Source: an uncultured Phycisphaeraceae bacterium (GTDB lineage Bacteria > Planctomycetota > Phycisphaerae > Phycisphaerales > UBA1924). From it: a DNA stretch of 64,000 nucleotides. Shown here piece after piece: positions 47,405 to 56,507 of the stretch; position 1 is the first letter of the stretch, and each line of letters opens with the position of its first letter. Where the stretch lies: NCBI GenBank assembly GCA_964611125.1, contig CAZSZO010000006.1, positions 1 to 64,000 of the forward strand, written 5' to 3'. Made by a program: the position numbers and the translations under genes. The notes beneath the pieces were generated by a model. It was not told the origin of the DNA. It saw nothing but the letters and a program-made list of their open reading frames with translations, and did not search any database.

Positions 47405-49372
47405 TCAGACCACCTGCAGCAGCTTCATCGTCTCCTGCACGATGTCCTTGGCGGAGATGCCGCACATGGTGAGGAGCTCGTCGGGGGTGCGGGCGCTCTT
47501 GGGGATGCGCCGCACGTGCATCTGCCGGAGGGTGAAGGCGTCGCCGCTGTTGGTGAGGGCGTCGGCCACCGCCGCGCCCACGCCGCCGCCGTAGTTGTCC
47601 TCGATGGTGATGATCTGGCCGTTGTTCTGGTTGGCGATGTCGAGGAGGGCGTCGGTGTCGAAGGGGAGCGAGTAGAGGTCGACCAGCGTGGCGGAGATCC
47701 CGGCCTTGTCGAGCTGGTCGAGGGCCTTGTTGGCCTCGTGCACCATGTAGCCCGCGGCGCACAGCAGCACATCGCGACCTTCGGAGAGCACCTCGAAGCC
47801 GCCCAGGTTGAAGGCGGTCTGATCGGAGTAGATGAACTCGGTATCGGGGCGGAGCGTCCGCATGTAACAGACCCCCTCGTACTCGGCCATCGCGTGGGTG
47901 AGCGCGTACGCGGCGTAGGCGTCGGCGGGTTGCAGGACATAGCAGGCCGGGTTTCCGCGGTGATCGCGGACGGTCGTCCACGAGCGGAACCACGAGACGT
48001 CAGGGAGGCTCATCTGGCTGGGGCCGTCGGCGGCCAGGGTGATGCCGGCGTGGCTGCCGATGATCTTGAGGTTGGCCCCGCTGTTGATGGCCATCTCGAT
48101 CTGGTCGTAGCCGCGGGTCACGAACTTGGCGAAGGTCGAACAGAAGGGGATCTTGCCGCCCGCGGAAAGGCCCGCGGCCATGCTGTACATGTTCTGCTCA
48201 GCGATCTTGCACTCGAGGAAGCGCGGGGCCAGCGCGGCGTCCTTCTTGAAGATGTCGGCGAAGGTCGAGTTGCTCACGTCGGCGTCGAGGACCACGACGC
48301 GGTCGTTGCTCTGGCCCAGCGCCCGCAGCGCGATGCCGTAGGCCCGGCGGGTGGCCATCTTGCCCGTCTGCATGCTCGACTCCATGTCGAGCTTCTTGAC
48401 GAACGCCGAGAGCGGGACCATGTCGACCGACTTGGCCTCCTTGGGCTTCCACTCCGCGGGGGGCTGGATCTCGAAGGCGTCGGAGGAGACCAGCGAGCTG
48501 GTCAGTTCGACGCGGCGCTCGTCGAGCTCGCCCAGGGCCTTGGCCAGCTGGTCGCCCGCGGCGGGCTTGCCGTGCCAGCCGTTGCCATGGAGGATCTGGG
48601 CGCCCCAACCCTTCACCGTGCGGGCCACAACGGCCATGGGGGTGGCGGGTGAGGCGGACTGGCCGCAGAACTTCTCGAAAGCGGCCTTGATCTGCTTGGG
48701 GTCGTGCCCGTCGATCTCCTCGACGGTGAAGCCGTAGGCCTCGAGCTTGGCCTTGAGCCGCTTGGGCGACTGCTGCTCGCTGACGCGGTCGGCCTGGCCG
48801 AAGCCGTTGCAGTTGAAGATGGGCAGGACGTTGTTGAGCTTGCGATCAACCAGATAGTCAAGGGCCTCGGAGATCTGCCCCTCGCGGGCTTCGCCGTCGC
48901 CGATGATGCAGAAGATCCGCTTGTCGAGTCCGTCGAGGCGGGCCGACTCGGCCAGCCCGGCGGCGACCGACAACCCCTGGCCCAGCGAGCCGGTGGCGGC
49001 ATCAAAGAAGGGGAAACCCTCGACCGGATTGGGGTGGCCCTCGATCTCGCTGGCGCCGTCGCGCAGCTTCATCGCATCCTCAACGGTCATCTTGCGGCGG
49101 TTTTCCGGGTCCTTGCCGATGGCGACGCCCAGTTTGGCGCACGCGGCGTAGATGATCGGCGCCGCGTGGCCTTCGGAGAGGACCAGGCGGTCGGAGGTGG
49201 GGTAATCAGGGTAATCGGGGGACCAGCGCATGGTGTTGAACATCAGCACCGTGACCAGGTGGCCGAGGCTCATGGCGGTGCTGGGGTGGCCGCTGCCCGC
49301 GGCGGCGCACATCTCCAGCGAGAGTCGGTCCAGCTCAATGGCCTGTGCATGAACGGCGGCTTCGAATGACAT
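47405..49372 (-). CDS. tkt: Transketolase
   Basis: Internal start MSFEAAVHAQAIELDRLSLEMCAAAGSGHPSTAMSLGH (TPP-binding GHP motif), then GDGEAREGQISEA. It is about 655 aa. Confidence 0.85.
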   Translation of the reverse strand: MSFEAAVHAQAIELDRLSLEMCAAAGSGHPSTAMSLGHLVTVLMFNTMRWSPDYPDYPTSDRLVLSEGHAAPIIYAACAKLGVAIGKDPENRRKMTVEDAMKLRDGASEIEGHPNPVEGFPFFDAATGSLGQGLSVAAGLAESARLDGLDKRIFCIIGDGEAREGQISEALDYLVDRKLNNVLPIFNCNGFGQADRVSEQQSPKRLKAKLEAYGFTVEEIDGHDPKQIKAAFEKFCGQSASPATPMAVVARTVKGWGAQILHGNGWHGKPAAGDQLAKALGELDERRVELTSSLVSSDAFEIQPPAEWKPKEAKSVDMVPLSAFVKKLDMESSMQTGKMATRRAYGIALRALGQSNDRVVVLDADVSNSTFADIFKKDAALAPRFLECKIAEQNMYSMAAGLSAGGKIPFCSTFAKFVTRGYDQIEMAINSGANLKIIGSHAGITLAADGPSQMSLPDVSWFRSWTTVRDHRGNPACYVLQPADAYAAYALTHAMAEYEGVCYMRTLRPDTEFIYSDQTAFNLGGFEVLSEGRDVLLCAAGYMVHEANKALDQLDKAGISATLVDLYSLPFDTDALLDIANQNNGQIITIEDNYGGGVGAAVADALTNSGDAFTLRQMHVRRIPKSARTPDELLTMCGISAKDIVQETMKLLQVV

Positions 49373-49701
49373 GGGCTGGTTCCTTTGTAACGGGCGCATG
49401 GGGCCCAGGCAGGATGGACGAACTGAGAACGACCGCAAGCCCCGCGGCGCAAAAGCACCACAAGGCCGCTGGCACGCGGCTTGCCGGACGAACCGGCGGA
49501 GAGGGAGTATCGCCCCCCCAACTGCGTTTGGCAAGAGAGGGGGACGGGGGATTTCGTGAGGGGCATGTGGGGGGAAGTGCGATGTTGCGCGCGCATCAGC
49601 GGTTCGGGATTCGTTTTGTTGTCCACACGCGGGTCACAACCGGCCGATCGTCTGCGGCCAGCCCGCGATCCCTCTGGGCGGCTCGGTTATGATCGACGAC
49701 C

Positions 49702-50907
49702 ATGAAGGTTGTCTGCGAACGTCAAGCGCTCCTGGCCGCGGTGAACAACGTCGCCTCGGTTGTTCCCATCCGCACCCCCAGCCCCGCCCTCTCCTGCCTG
49801 AAGATCGTGGCCACCAAGACCGGCGGGGTGGGCGAGATGCACCTCTCCGGCACCGACGCCGAGACGTCGCTGCAACTCTCCTTCTCTCAGGTCGATGTCG
49901 CCCAGCCTGGGTCGGCGGTGGTTCCGGCTGACAAGCTGCGGCAGATCGTGCAGGCGATGGAGAGCGCCAGCACCATCACCATCGAGGCCGAGGGCGATGT
50001 CTGCCACATCAAGAGCGAAGGGGCCAAGTTCAAGATCTTCGCCTATCCGAGCGACCAGTTCCCGGCGATCGCGGACTTTGCGACCATCGCGGCGGGCGGC
50101 CCCGGTGTGCGGAGCGTCTTCACCCACAACGCCGGGTCGCTGCTGACGCTCATCAGCCGGACGGTCTTCGCGACGGCGCGGGAGACCAGCCGGTACGCCA
50201 TCAATGGCGTATTGCTGAAGCGCGACGGCAAGAAGCTCGAGATGGTCGCCACCGACGGGCGACGCCTGGCCCTGTGCCGGGCGAGCATCAAGAGCACGCC
50301 CGGCGCCGCGGGCGTCGGCGAATCGGGGCCGACGTCGTGCATCATCCCGACCAAGGCGCTCAACCTGTTTACGCGCCTCGCGAGCAATCCCGAGGAGAAC
50401 GTGCGGATCGCCATCACCGACAACCGGGTCTTCCTGGCCTTTGAGGATGTGGTTGAGGAGAAGGGCAAGACGCCGCGGGCCCGGGCGGTGCTGTCGAGCA
50501 CGCTGGTCGAGGGCGCCTTCCCGCCGTATGAAGAGGTCATTCCCAAGGACCAGGACAAGAAAGTGACCGCGGGGCGCGACGAGCTGATCGCGGCGGTGCG
50601 CGAGGCTTCGATCCTCACCAACGAGGAGTCGCGCGGGGTGCGGATGGCCTTCAGCGGCAAGAAGAAGCAGCTCCGCCTGACCAGCCGGGCGCCGGAGATG
50701 GGTGAGAGCGAGATCGATGTCGGGCTGGCCGGCTACGAGGGTGAGGACGTCGAGATCTCGTTCAACCCGCAGTTCCTCGCCGATGCGCTCAAGACGATCG
50801 ATGAAAACGAGGTCATCATCGAGCTGAAGGCCGCCAACAAGCCCGGCGTGCTGCGCAGCGGCGCGGACTTCGTCTATGTCGTGATGCCGGTGAACCTGCC
50901 CACCTGA
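49702..50907 (+). CDS. dnaN: DNA polymerase III beta subunit (sliding clamp)
   Basis: MKVVCERQALLAAVNNVASVV..., a three-domain length of about 400 aa, and internal blocks RYAINGVLL and ATDGRRLA typical of DnaN. Confidence 0.85.
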   Translation: MKVVCERQALLAAVNNVASVVPIRTPSPALSCLKIVATKTGGVGEMHLSGTDAETSLQLSFSQVDVAQPGSAVVPADKLRQIVQAMESASTITIEAEGDVCHIKSEGAKFKIFAYPSDQFPAIADFATIAAGGPGVRSVFTHNAGSLLTLISRTVFATARETSRYAINGVLLKRDGKKLEMVATDGRRLALCRASIKSTPGAAGVGESGPTSCIIPTKALNLFTRLASNPEENVRIAITDNRVFLAFEDVVEEKGKTPRARAVLSSTLVEGAFPPYEEVIPKDQDKKVTAGRDELIAAVREASILTNEESRGVRMAFSGKKKQLRLTSRAPEMGESEIDVGLAGYEGEDVEISFNPQFLADALKTIDENEVIIELKAANKPGVLRSGADFVYVVMPVNLPT

Positions 50908-50993
50908 CGCGGGCGGCGATCGTCCCGCCGCACTCAGTTGCAAACACCCTGACCAACGCGCACCCCCCACCCACCCTGTCGCGGAGTTCCCTC

Positions 50994-51563
50994 ATGGCCA
51001 AGAAGAAGACCGCACGCAAGCCCGCCAAGCCCTCGTCATCCGCCGCGAAGAAGCCCGTCAAGCAGGTGGCCAGGTCCGCCGCCGCCAAGGCGCCCGCAAA
51101 GCCCGCTCGGGGCCCCGCGAAGAAGGTCGTCAAGGCGGCGGGGCCGACCCGCGGCCCGCGTCCGGTGAACACGGGCAAGGGGGCCACCGCGCTGGAGCTG
51201 GGCGCGGGGCTGGTGAAGTACTTCAATCAGGGCGAGGGCGACGCGTGGGTCGGCGGCGTGTGGTCAAAGGACATCGTCTCCTGCGAGGGGCTGGGCGTGA
51301 ACATGGAGTTCGCCGGGCTGCAGGCGGTTGAGGAGAAGAACGCCCAATGGCACGCCGATCACGAGGTGCTGGGCGGCTCGGCGGAGGGGCCGTATGTGGG
51401 CTCAACGGGCTTTTCGGTCAAGTTCAGCATGCACGTGAAGCAGAAGTCGTCGGGGCAGGAAATCCGCATGGAGGAGATCGGCGTGTACACCGTGCGCGAT
51501 GGCAAGATCGTGCGCGAGGAGTTCATGTACAGCGCGATCGCGCCCGCCGGCTCGAATGGCTGA
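50994..51563 (+). CDS. Protein with a histone-H1-like Lys/Ala-rich N-terminal tail fused to an NTF2/SnoaL-like domain
   Basis: The N-terminal 60 aa are MAKKKTARKPAKPSSSAAKKPVKQVARSAAAKAPAKPARGPAKKVVKAAGPTRG. The C-terminal roughly 120 aa (...GVNMEFAGLQAVEEKNAQWHADHEVL...VKFSMHVKQKSSGQEIRMEEIGVYTVRDGKIVREEFMY) has an NTF2-like alpha+beta pattern. Confidence 0.55.
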   Translation: MAKKKTARKPAKPSSSAAKKPVKQVARSAAAKAPAKPARGPAKKVVKAAGPTRGPRPVNTGKGATALELGAGLVKYFNQGEGDAWVGGVWSKDIVSCEGLGVNMEFAGLQAVEEKNAQWHADHEVLGGSAEGPYVGSTGFSVKFSMHVKQKSSGQEIRMEEIGVYTVRDGKIVREEFMYSAIAPAGSNG

Positions 51564-51599
51564 GCGGTGGACTGGGGCCCCGCGCCGGCGCCGCCGGGC

Positions 51600-52733
51600 T
51601 CAGGCCCGGCAGCCGGTGAAATAGGCGCCGATGTAGTCGCTGAGGTCATCGGGATCGATGGCGCCCGAGCCGTCGAAATCGGCGCCTGCGCACTGGTCGA
51701 AGTAGCAGGCGATGTAATCGCTCAGATCATCGGGATCGACCACACCATCGCCGCTGAAGTCGGTCTCGCAGCCCGCGCGCCCGAGCGCGGCGTTGAACAT
51801 GTACGTCCACACCGGGGCGAAGACCGGCGCGCCCGACTCGTCGAGCGGGGTGTTGCGATCGACCACCACGCTCCCGTGGTATTGCCCGGGCGTGGCCGGC
51901 TCGGCGAGGGTCGTGAGCTGGTGGCTGAGGCGGTAGGGCGGCCGGGCGAGGTCAACGTTGCGGATCGGGCCCAGGGCCGAGACGCCCATCACCCCGCAGG
52001 TGCGGATCGTGGTGGGGAAGAGGTTGTCCTGCGCGTGCGTGAAGTCGACCCGGATCGTCGCCCCCGAGACCGAAGGGCGGGAGTACCACTCGGCGAGCTG
52101 GCCGTTGTCCTGAACGTCGCCGGGGCCGCCGAACATGAGGGCGCCGGCCAGGGGGAAGTCGTAGGAGAGGTACGCCGCGTGCCCGGCGCCCTGGGAGTGA
52201 CCGCCGACGACGATGCGGCTCCAGTTGAGCCCGGCCCCGTCGAGGTACTGGCGCCAGCCCTCGCTGGGGAACTGCTCGTCGAGGTGGCGGAGGAGCGCGA
52301 TCAGGCGCCCGCGGACGCTGTTGGCCGGGTTGACGTCCACCAGGGGCGAGTCATCAACGCCGTAGAGCCGCTCGCGCCGGATTTGTCCGTGCACGTCAGG
52401 GTCGGGCGAACCGTTGGAGAGTTGGTCAACGGAGGGGCAGTTGGGGTAGCTCAGGGTGACGACATGGAAGCCGAGCCCCGCCGCGTGGCGTGAGATGAGC
52501 TCGCTGCTCTGGGGGGCGCCGCAGCTGCCCGGGAGATGGACGTAGAGCAGGCGCTGCGAGGGGATCTGGCGATCGATTGCGGCCAGGTGCACATCGAGCG
52601 GTGCGGTGACGCGCGGGTTGGTCAGCAAAGGGTTGATTTCGCGGAGCGCCACGTCGGCCGGGGCGGATGAGGCGGACGAGGCGATCGCGAAACCAACGAA
52701 CGCAAGAACGGTCGGGCGGGTGAAACGCAGCAT
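51600..52733 (-). CDS. Secreted alpha/beta-hydrolase (esterase/lipase-like) with the C-terminal double dockerin-like Cys module
   Basis: Signal peptide MLRFTRPTVLAFVGFAIASSASSAPA and the nucleophile elbow VVGGHSQGAG (GxSxG). The C-terminal tail is CETDFSGDGVVDPDDLSDYIACYFDQCAGADFDGSGAIDPDDLSDYIGAYFTGCRA. Confidence 0.7.
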   Translation of the reverse strand: MLRFTRPTVLAFVGFAIASSASSAPADVALREINPLLTNPRVTAPLDVHLAAIDRQIPSQRLLYVHLPGSCGAPQSSELISRHAAGLGFHVVTLSYPNCPSVDQLSNGSPDPDVHGQIRRERLYGVDDSPLVDVNPANSVRGRLIALLRHLDEQFPSEGWRQYLDGAGLNWSRIVVGGHSQGAGHAAYLSYDFPLAGALMFGGPGDVQDNGQLAEWYSRPSVSGATIRVDFTHAQDNLFPTTIRTCGVMGVSALGPIRNVDLARPPYRLSHQLTTLAEPATPGQYHGSVVVDRNTPLDESGAPVFAPVWTYMFNAALGRAGCETDFSGDGVVDPDDLSDYIACYFDQCAGADFDGSGAIDPDDLSDYIGAYFTGCRA

Positions 52734-52874
52734 GGTGGACTCCGGTTTGGTCGGATGTGAGCTGAGGAGAAACGCCGACCTTGCCCAGGTATTGCGGCCC
52801 GAGGCGAATCATGTCGAGGTTCTCGGATGGCCGGCCGGAGGATCGCCCGGGAGCGGGTCGGTACCCTTCCCCGG

Positions 52875-55800
52875 ATGCCCGACGACCGGCGACAGCGTGT
52901 CGAGAGTCTTTTTCTGGCGGCTGTTGAGCTGCCTGCTGACCGGCGCGCGGCGCTGCTGGCGGGCGAGCCTGACGAGTTGGTGCGGCGCGAGGTGGCGTCG
53001 CTGCTGGGGCACGCCGAGGCGTCGTCGGGCTCTCAGGGGGGGTCGGGGGGATTGGGGGGTGGGGGTCCGGAGTTTGCCGGGCCGGGGTTTCTGGACTCCA
53101 AGGACGCGCCGGGGCGGGCCCTGCAGACGGGGATCGGCGGCGCCGCGGCGGCGGCGCATGTGGATGAGCCGCTGCTGCCGCCCGGGACAGTGGTGGGGCG
53201 GTACACGCTGCGGGGCGTGGTGGGGGCGGGTGGGATGGGGGTGGTGTACATCGCCGAGCAGGACCGCCCGCGCCGGACGGTAGCGCTGAAGGTGCTGCGC
53301 GCGGGGATCGCCTCGGCGCGGATGCTGCGGCGGTTTGAGTTCGAGGCCGAGATCCTGGGGCGATTGCAGCATCCGGGCATCGCGCAGGTGTACGAGGCGG
53401 GCGCCTTCGCCGAGGGGCGGCTGACGCGCCCGTACATCGCGATGGAGCTGGTGCGCGGGGCGCCGCTGATCGAAGCGGCCCGCCAGCGAGGGCTGGGGAC
53501 GCGCCAGAAGCTCGAGCTGCTGGCCAAGGTCTGCGATGCGGTGCAGCACGCCCACCAGGTGGGCGTCATTCACCGCGATCTGAAGCCCGCCAACATTCTT
53601 GTGGCGGATGCCGCCCCGGACAGGGACGGGGCCCGGGCGGGCGGGCCCGGGGGCGCCGGCGCTTCGGGCGGCTTTGGCTCCGGCCCGGAGGCGCTCTCGC
53701 CCAAGGTCCTGGACTTCGGCGTCGCCCGCGGGCTTGAGCGCGACGGCGCGGTGACCACGCTGCAGACCGCCGCGGGCCAGATCGTCGGCACGCTGCCGTA
53801 CATGAGCCCCGAGCAGCTCGACGGGGAGGAGAGCAAGGTCGACACGCGCAGCGATGTCTACGCGCTGGGGGTGGTCGGGTATGAGCTGCTCTCAGGGCGG
53901 CTTCCGCTGGATCTGGCGAAGGCCTCGCTGGCGGAGGCGGCCCGCATTCTGCGCGATCAGACGCCGGTGCGGCTCTCGCTGATCGACCGCTCGCTGGCGG
54001 GCGACATCGAGGTGATCTTCGCCACGGCCCTGGCCAAGGACCCCAACCGCCGGTACCGCTCCGCGGCGGAGCTCGCCGCCGACATCCGGCGCCATCTGGC
54101 GGGTCAGCCCATCGCGGCCCGCCAGGATTCGGCGCTGTATGTGTTCTCGACGTTCGTGCGGCGGAACAAGCCGGCGGTGTTCGCCAGCCTGGCGGGGCTG
54201 GCGGGCGTGCTGAGCTTCGCCGTGTGGGTGGCGATCCAGGCCGAGGCCAACGCCAATCTCGCGGCGGAGCGGGCCCTGGAGACGGCCAAGGCGGTGAAGG
54301 CCCAGGAGCGGGCCGACGAAACCGCCGGACGCCTGGCCCAGGAGCTCTCGCTGGCCAATCTGGAGCGGGGCCGCCTGCAGGCCCAGGCGGGCAACCTGAG
54401 CGCCGCCGAGGACCTGCTGTGGCCCGAGCACCTGCGCAGCCTCAATGCGCACCACCCGTTCTACGCCTTGTGGGAGCTGTACTCCATCCTGCCCTGCCTG
54501 GCGACGATGCCGGCCCAGGGGGGGCGGATCTATGGCGTCGCCGTGTCGCCGGCGGTGGGAGGGGGCCTTGCCGCGACCGGCGGCTCGGACCCGGGGATCA
54601 TCATTTTCGACGCCGTGACGCACGAACGGCTTCGCGGCATCGAGACGAGTTCGCCGGCATTCTCGTTGGCGTTCAATCATGACGGTTCGGCGCTTGCCTG
54701 CGGCGAGCTGACGGGGCGCGTCTCGGTGTTCAGGCCTGCTGACGGGTCGCTGATCCGGCGATTGTGGGAGCCGCGCGAGGTCATCGCGACGCTTCAGGAG
54801 GACCCTGTCCCCGAGGCGGGCCCGTGCGCGGTGAGCTTCGCCCCCGACGGCGCTCTGTACGCCGCGTTCACGACCGGTGAGGTCCGGTGCTGGCGGCCTG
54901 ACGGAACTCCCGCGGGGGTGGTGGTGCTCAAGGAGCGAATCGCCTCGGTGCGGGTCTCGCCCGACGGCGCGCTGGTGGCGATCTGCACCACCAGCGGCCT
55001 GCTGAGGGTGTATTCGCCAGACCTTAGCACCTGGCGCGATCTGGCGGCGAAGCTCCCGAGGGCCGCGACCCAAGTTGCGTTCTCACCGAGCGGGCGTCTG
55101 CTGGCTGTAGGCGGTCAGGACAGCATGCTCGAGGTGTTCGAGGTGGACAGCGGGCGCCAGGTCGCCCGCCTGACGGCGCCGGTGGGGGCCATCCGCGGCA
55201 TCGAATGGGGATCCAGCGAGGACCAGCTCTTCTCCGCCGGGTGGTGGATGGTGGTCGAGTGGGACCTCACCAGCCGCAGCGTGCGCCGGCGGATCAGCAG
55301 CACCTGGTCTGATTCGTCGATGGCGGTGAACCCTGAGGGGGGCCAGCTGTGGACGACGGTCCGGCAGGGCGTGCGGGTGTGGGATGTCGCCCCCCAGAAA
55401 GCCCGCATGCTGCACCCCCTGGTGGAGGGGCGAACCGTGGCGCGGCAGGGTCCCTTCGGGCACACGCTGGCGGGCGACGCCGATGGATCGGTCGTGCTGA
55501 TCGATGCGCGGACTGGTGAGCCTGGCGCGGTGCTGGGAAAGTTCGGGCGGCGGATCCGATCGATCGCCTTCAGCCCCGCGGCGCCGCTGGCCGCGACCTC
55601 GGGGGTCGACGGCGTGCTGCGGCTGTGGGACCTCAGCAGCGGGACGCTCGCGGCCCAGTGGCCGCAGATGCGCTGCCCGACCAATCGGGCCATCGCCTTC
55701 TCGGCCGATGGTCGGCGGCTGATCTCGCCCGCTCAGGACCTGACCTTTCGGGTGATCGATGTCGCCACGAAGCAGGTCACCATGACGTTGCCCTCCGACG

Positions 55801-56459
55801 GCGAGGAGCCGCTCGCGGCGTGTTTCAGCCCCGATGGCGCCCGGATCGCCGCGGTGACGCGCCGGCCGTACGTGAGCATCTACGACGCGTCGACCGGCCG
55901 TCTTCTGGCGCGGCCCGCATGCGGGGATACCCCCTGGAGTCTCGCGTTCTCGCCCGACGGCCGCTGGCTGGCCTGCGGAGACTGGGGGCGGGGCATCACG
56001 GTCTGGGAGCCCATTACCGGAGCGGTGGTTCGGCGGTTCGAGGGCCACACGGCCCTGGTGACCGATCTGGCCTTTCGCGTGAACGAGCCCAACATCCTGG
56101 CTTCCTGCAGCACCGACGGCACGATCCGGTTCTGGGATCTGTCCACGGCGGCCTCCACTGCGTCGCTCACGCTGCGGAGCAACGAGGAGGAGTCGGGGCT
56201 GTGGAACCTCGACTTTCATCCCGCGCGGCCTGAGCTGATGTGCACCAACGGCCAGGGCCTCGTTTCGGTGTGGCGCCTGCGGTACTTCAACCGCCACATC
56301 TTGGGGAATCTCCAGTGGCAGTACGCCCGATTGAAAGGCCAGACGGGCATGCCTGCCGAATCGGAGGTGGCCGGGCAGGCCGCGACCATGAAGAGGGGCA
56401 TCCGATCAGCCCTCCAAGAGGGTCCGCGCGACACCACCACCCCGGTCGCTGGTGAGTGA
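52875..56459 (+). CDS. Serine/threonine protein kinase with a TM segment and C-terminal WD40 beta-propeller repeats
   Basis: N-terminal planctomycete-type STK leader (RVESLFLAAVELPADRRAALL...VASLLGHAEA). The kinase subdomains are GAGGMGVVYIAE, ALKVL, HRDLKPANILV, DFGVA, PYMSPEQ and DVYALGVV. A hydrophobic segment is PAVFASLAGLAGVLSFAVWVAI, followed by WD40-like repeats. The exact start is uncertain (52827 or 52875). Confidence 0.75.
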   Translation: MPDDRRQRVESLFLAAVELPADRRAALLAGEPDELVRREVASLLGHAEASSGSQGGSGGLGGGGPEFAGPGFLDSKDAPGRALQTGIGGAAAAAHVDEPLLPPGTVVGRYTLRGVVGAGGMGVVYIAEQDRPRRTVALKVLRAGIASARMLRRFEFEAEILGRLQHPGIAQVYEAGAFAEGRLTRPYIAMELVRGAPLIEAARQRGLGTRQKLELLAKVCDAVQHAHQVGVIHRDLKPANILVADAAPDRDGARAGGPGGAGASGGFGSGPEALSPKVLDFGVARGLERDGAVTTLQTAAGQIVGTLPYMSPEQLDGEESKVDTRSDVYALGVVGYELLSGRLPLDLAKASLAEAARILRDQTPVRLSLIDRSLAGDIEVIFATALAKDPNRRYRSAAELAADIRRHLAGQPIAARQDSALYVFSTFVRRNKPAVFASLAGLAGVLSFAVWVAIQAEANANLAAERALETAKAVKAQERADETAGRLAQELSLANLERGRLQAQAGNLSAAEDLLWPEHLRSLNAHHPFYALWELYSILPCLATMPAQGGRIYGVAVSPAVGGGLAATGGSDPGIIIFDAVTHERLRGIETSSPAFSLAFNHDGSALACGELTGRVSVFRPADGSLIRRLWEPREVIATLQEDPVPEAGPCAVSFAPDGALYAAFTTGEVRCWRPDGTPAGVVVLKERIASVRVSPDGALVAICTTSGLLRVYSPDLSTWRDLAAKLPRAATQVAFSPSGRLLAVGGQDSMLEVFEVDSGRQVARLTAPVGAIRGIEWGSSEDQLFSAGWWMVVEWDLTSRSVRRRISSTWSDSSMAVNPEGGQLWTTVRQGVRVWDVAPQKARMLHPLVEGRTVARQGPFGHTLAGDADGSVVLIDARTGEPGAVLGKFGRRIRSIAFSPAAPLAATSGVDGVLRLWDLSSGTLAAQWPQMRCPTNRAIAFSADGRRLISPAQDLTFRVIDVATKQVTMTLPSDGEEPLAACFSPDGARIAAVTRRPYVSIYDASTGRLLARPACGDTPWSLAFSPDGRWLACGDWGRGITVWEPITGAVVRRFEGHTALVTDLAFRVNEPNILASCSTDGTIRFWDLSTAASTASLTLRSNEEESGLWNLDFHPARPELMCTNGQGLVSVWRLRYFNRHILGNLQWQYARLKGQTGMPAESEVAGQAATMKRGIRSALQEGPRDTTTPVAGE

Positions 56460-56507
56460 TGCGGGTCGTACACTTGGCCACGCAGACTGTCCAGCCTGAG
56501 CATCAGC

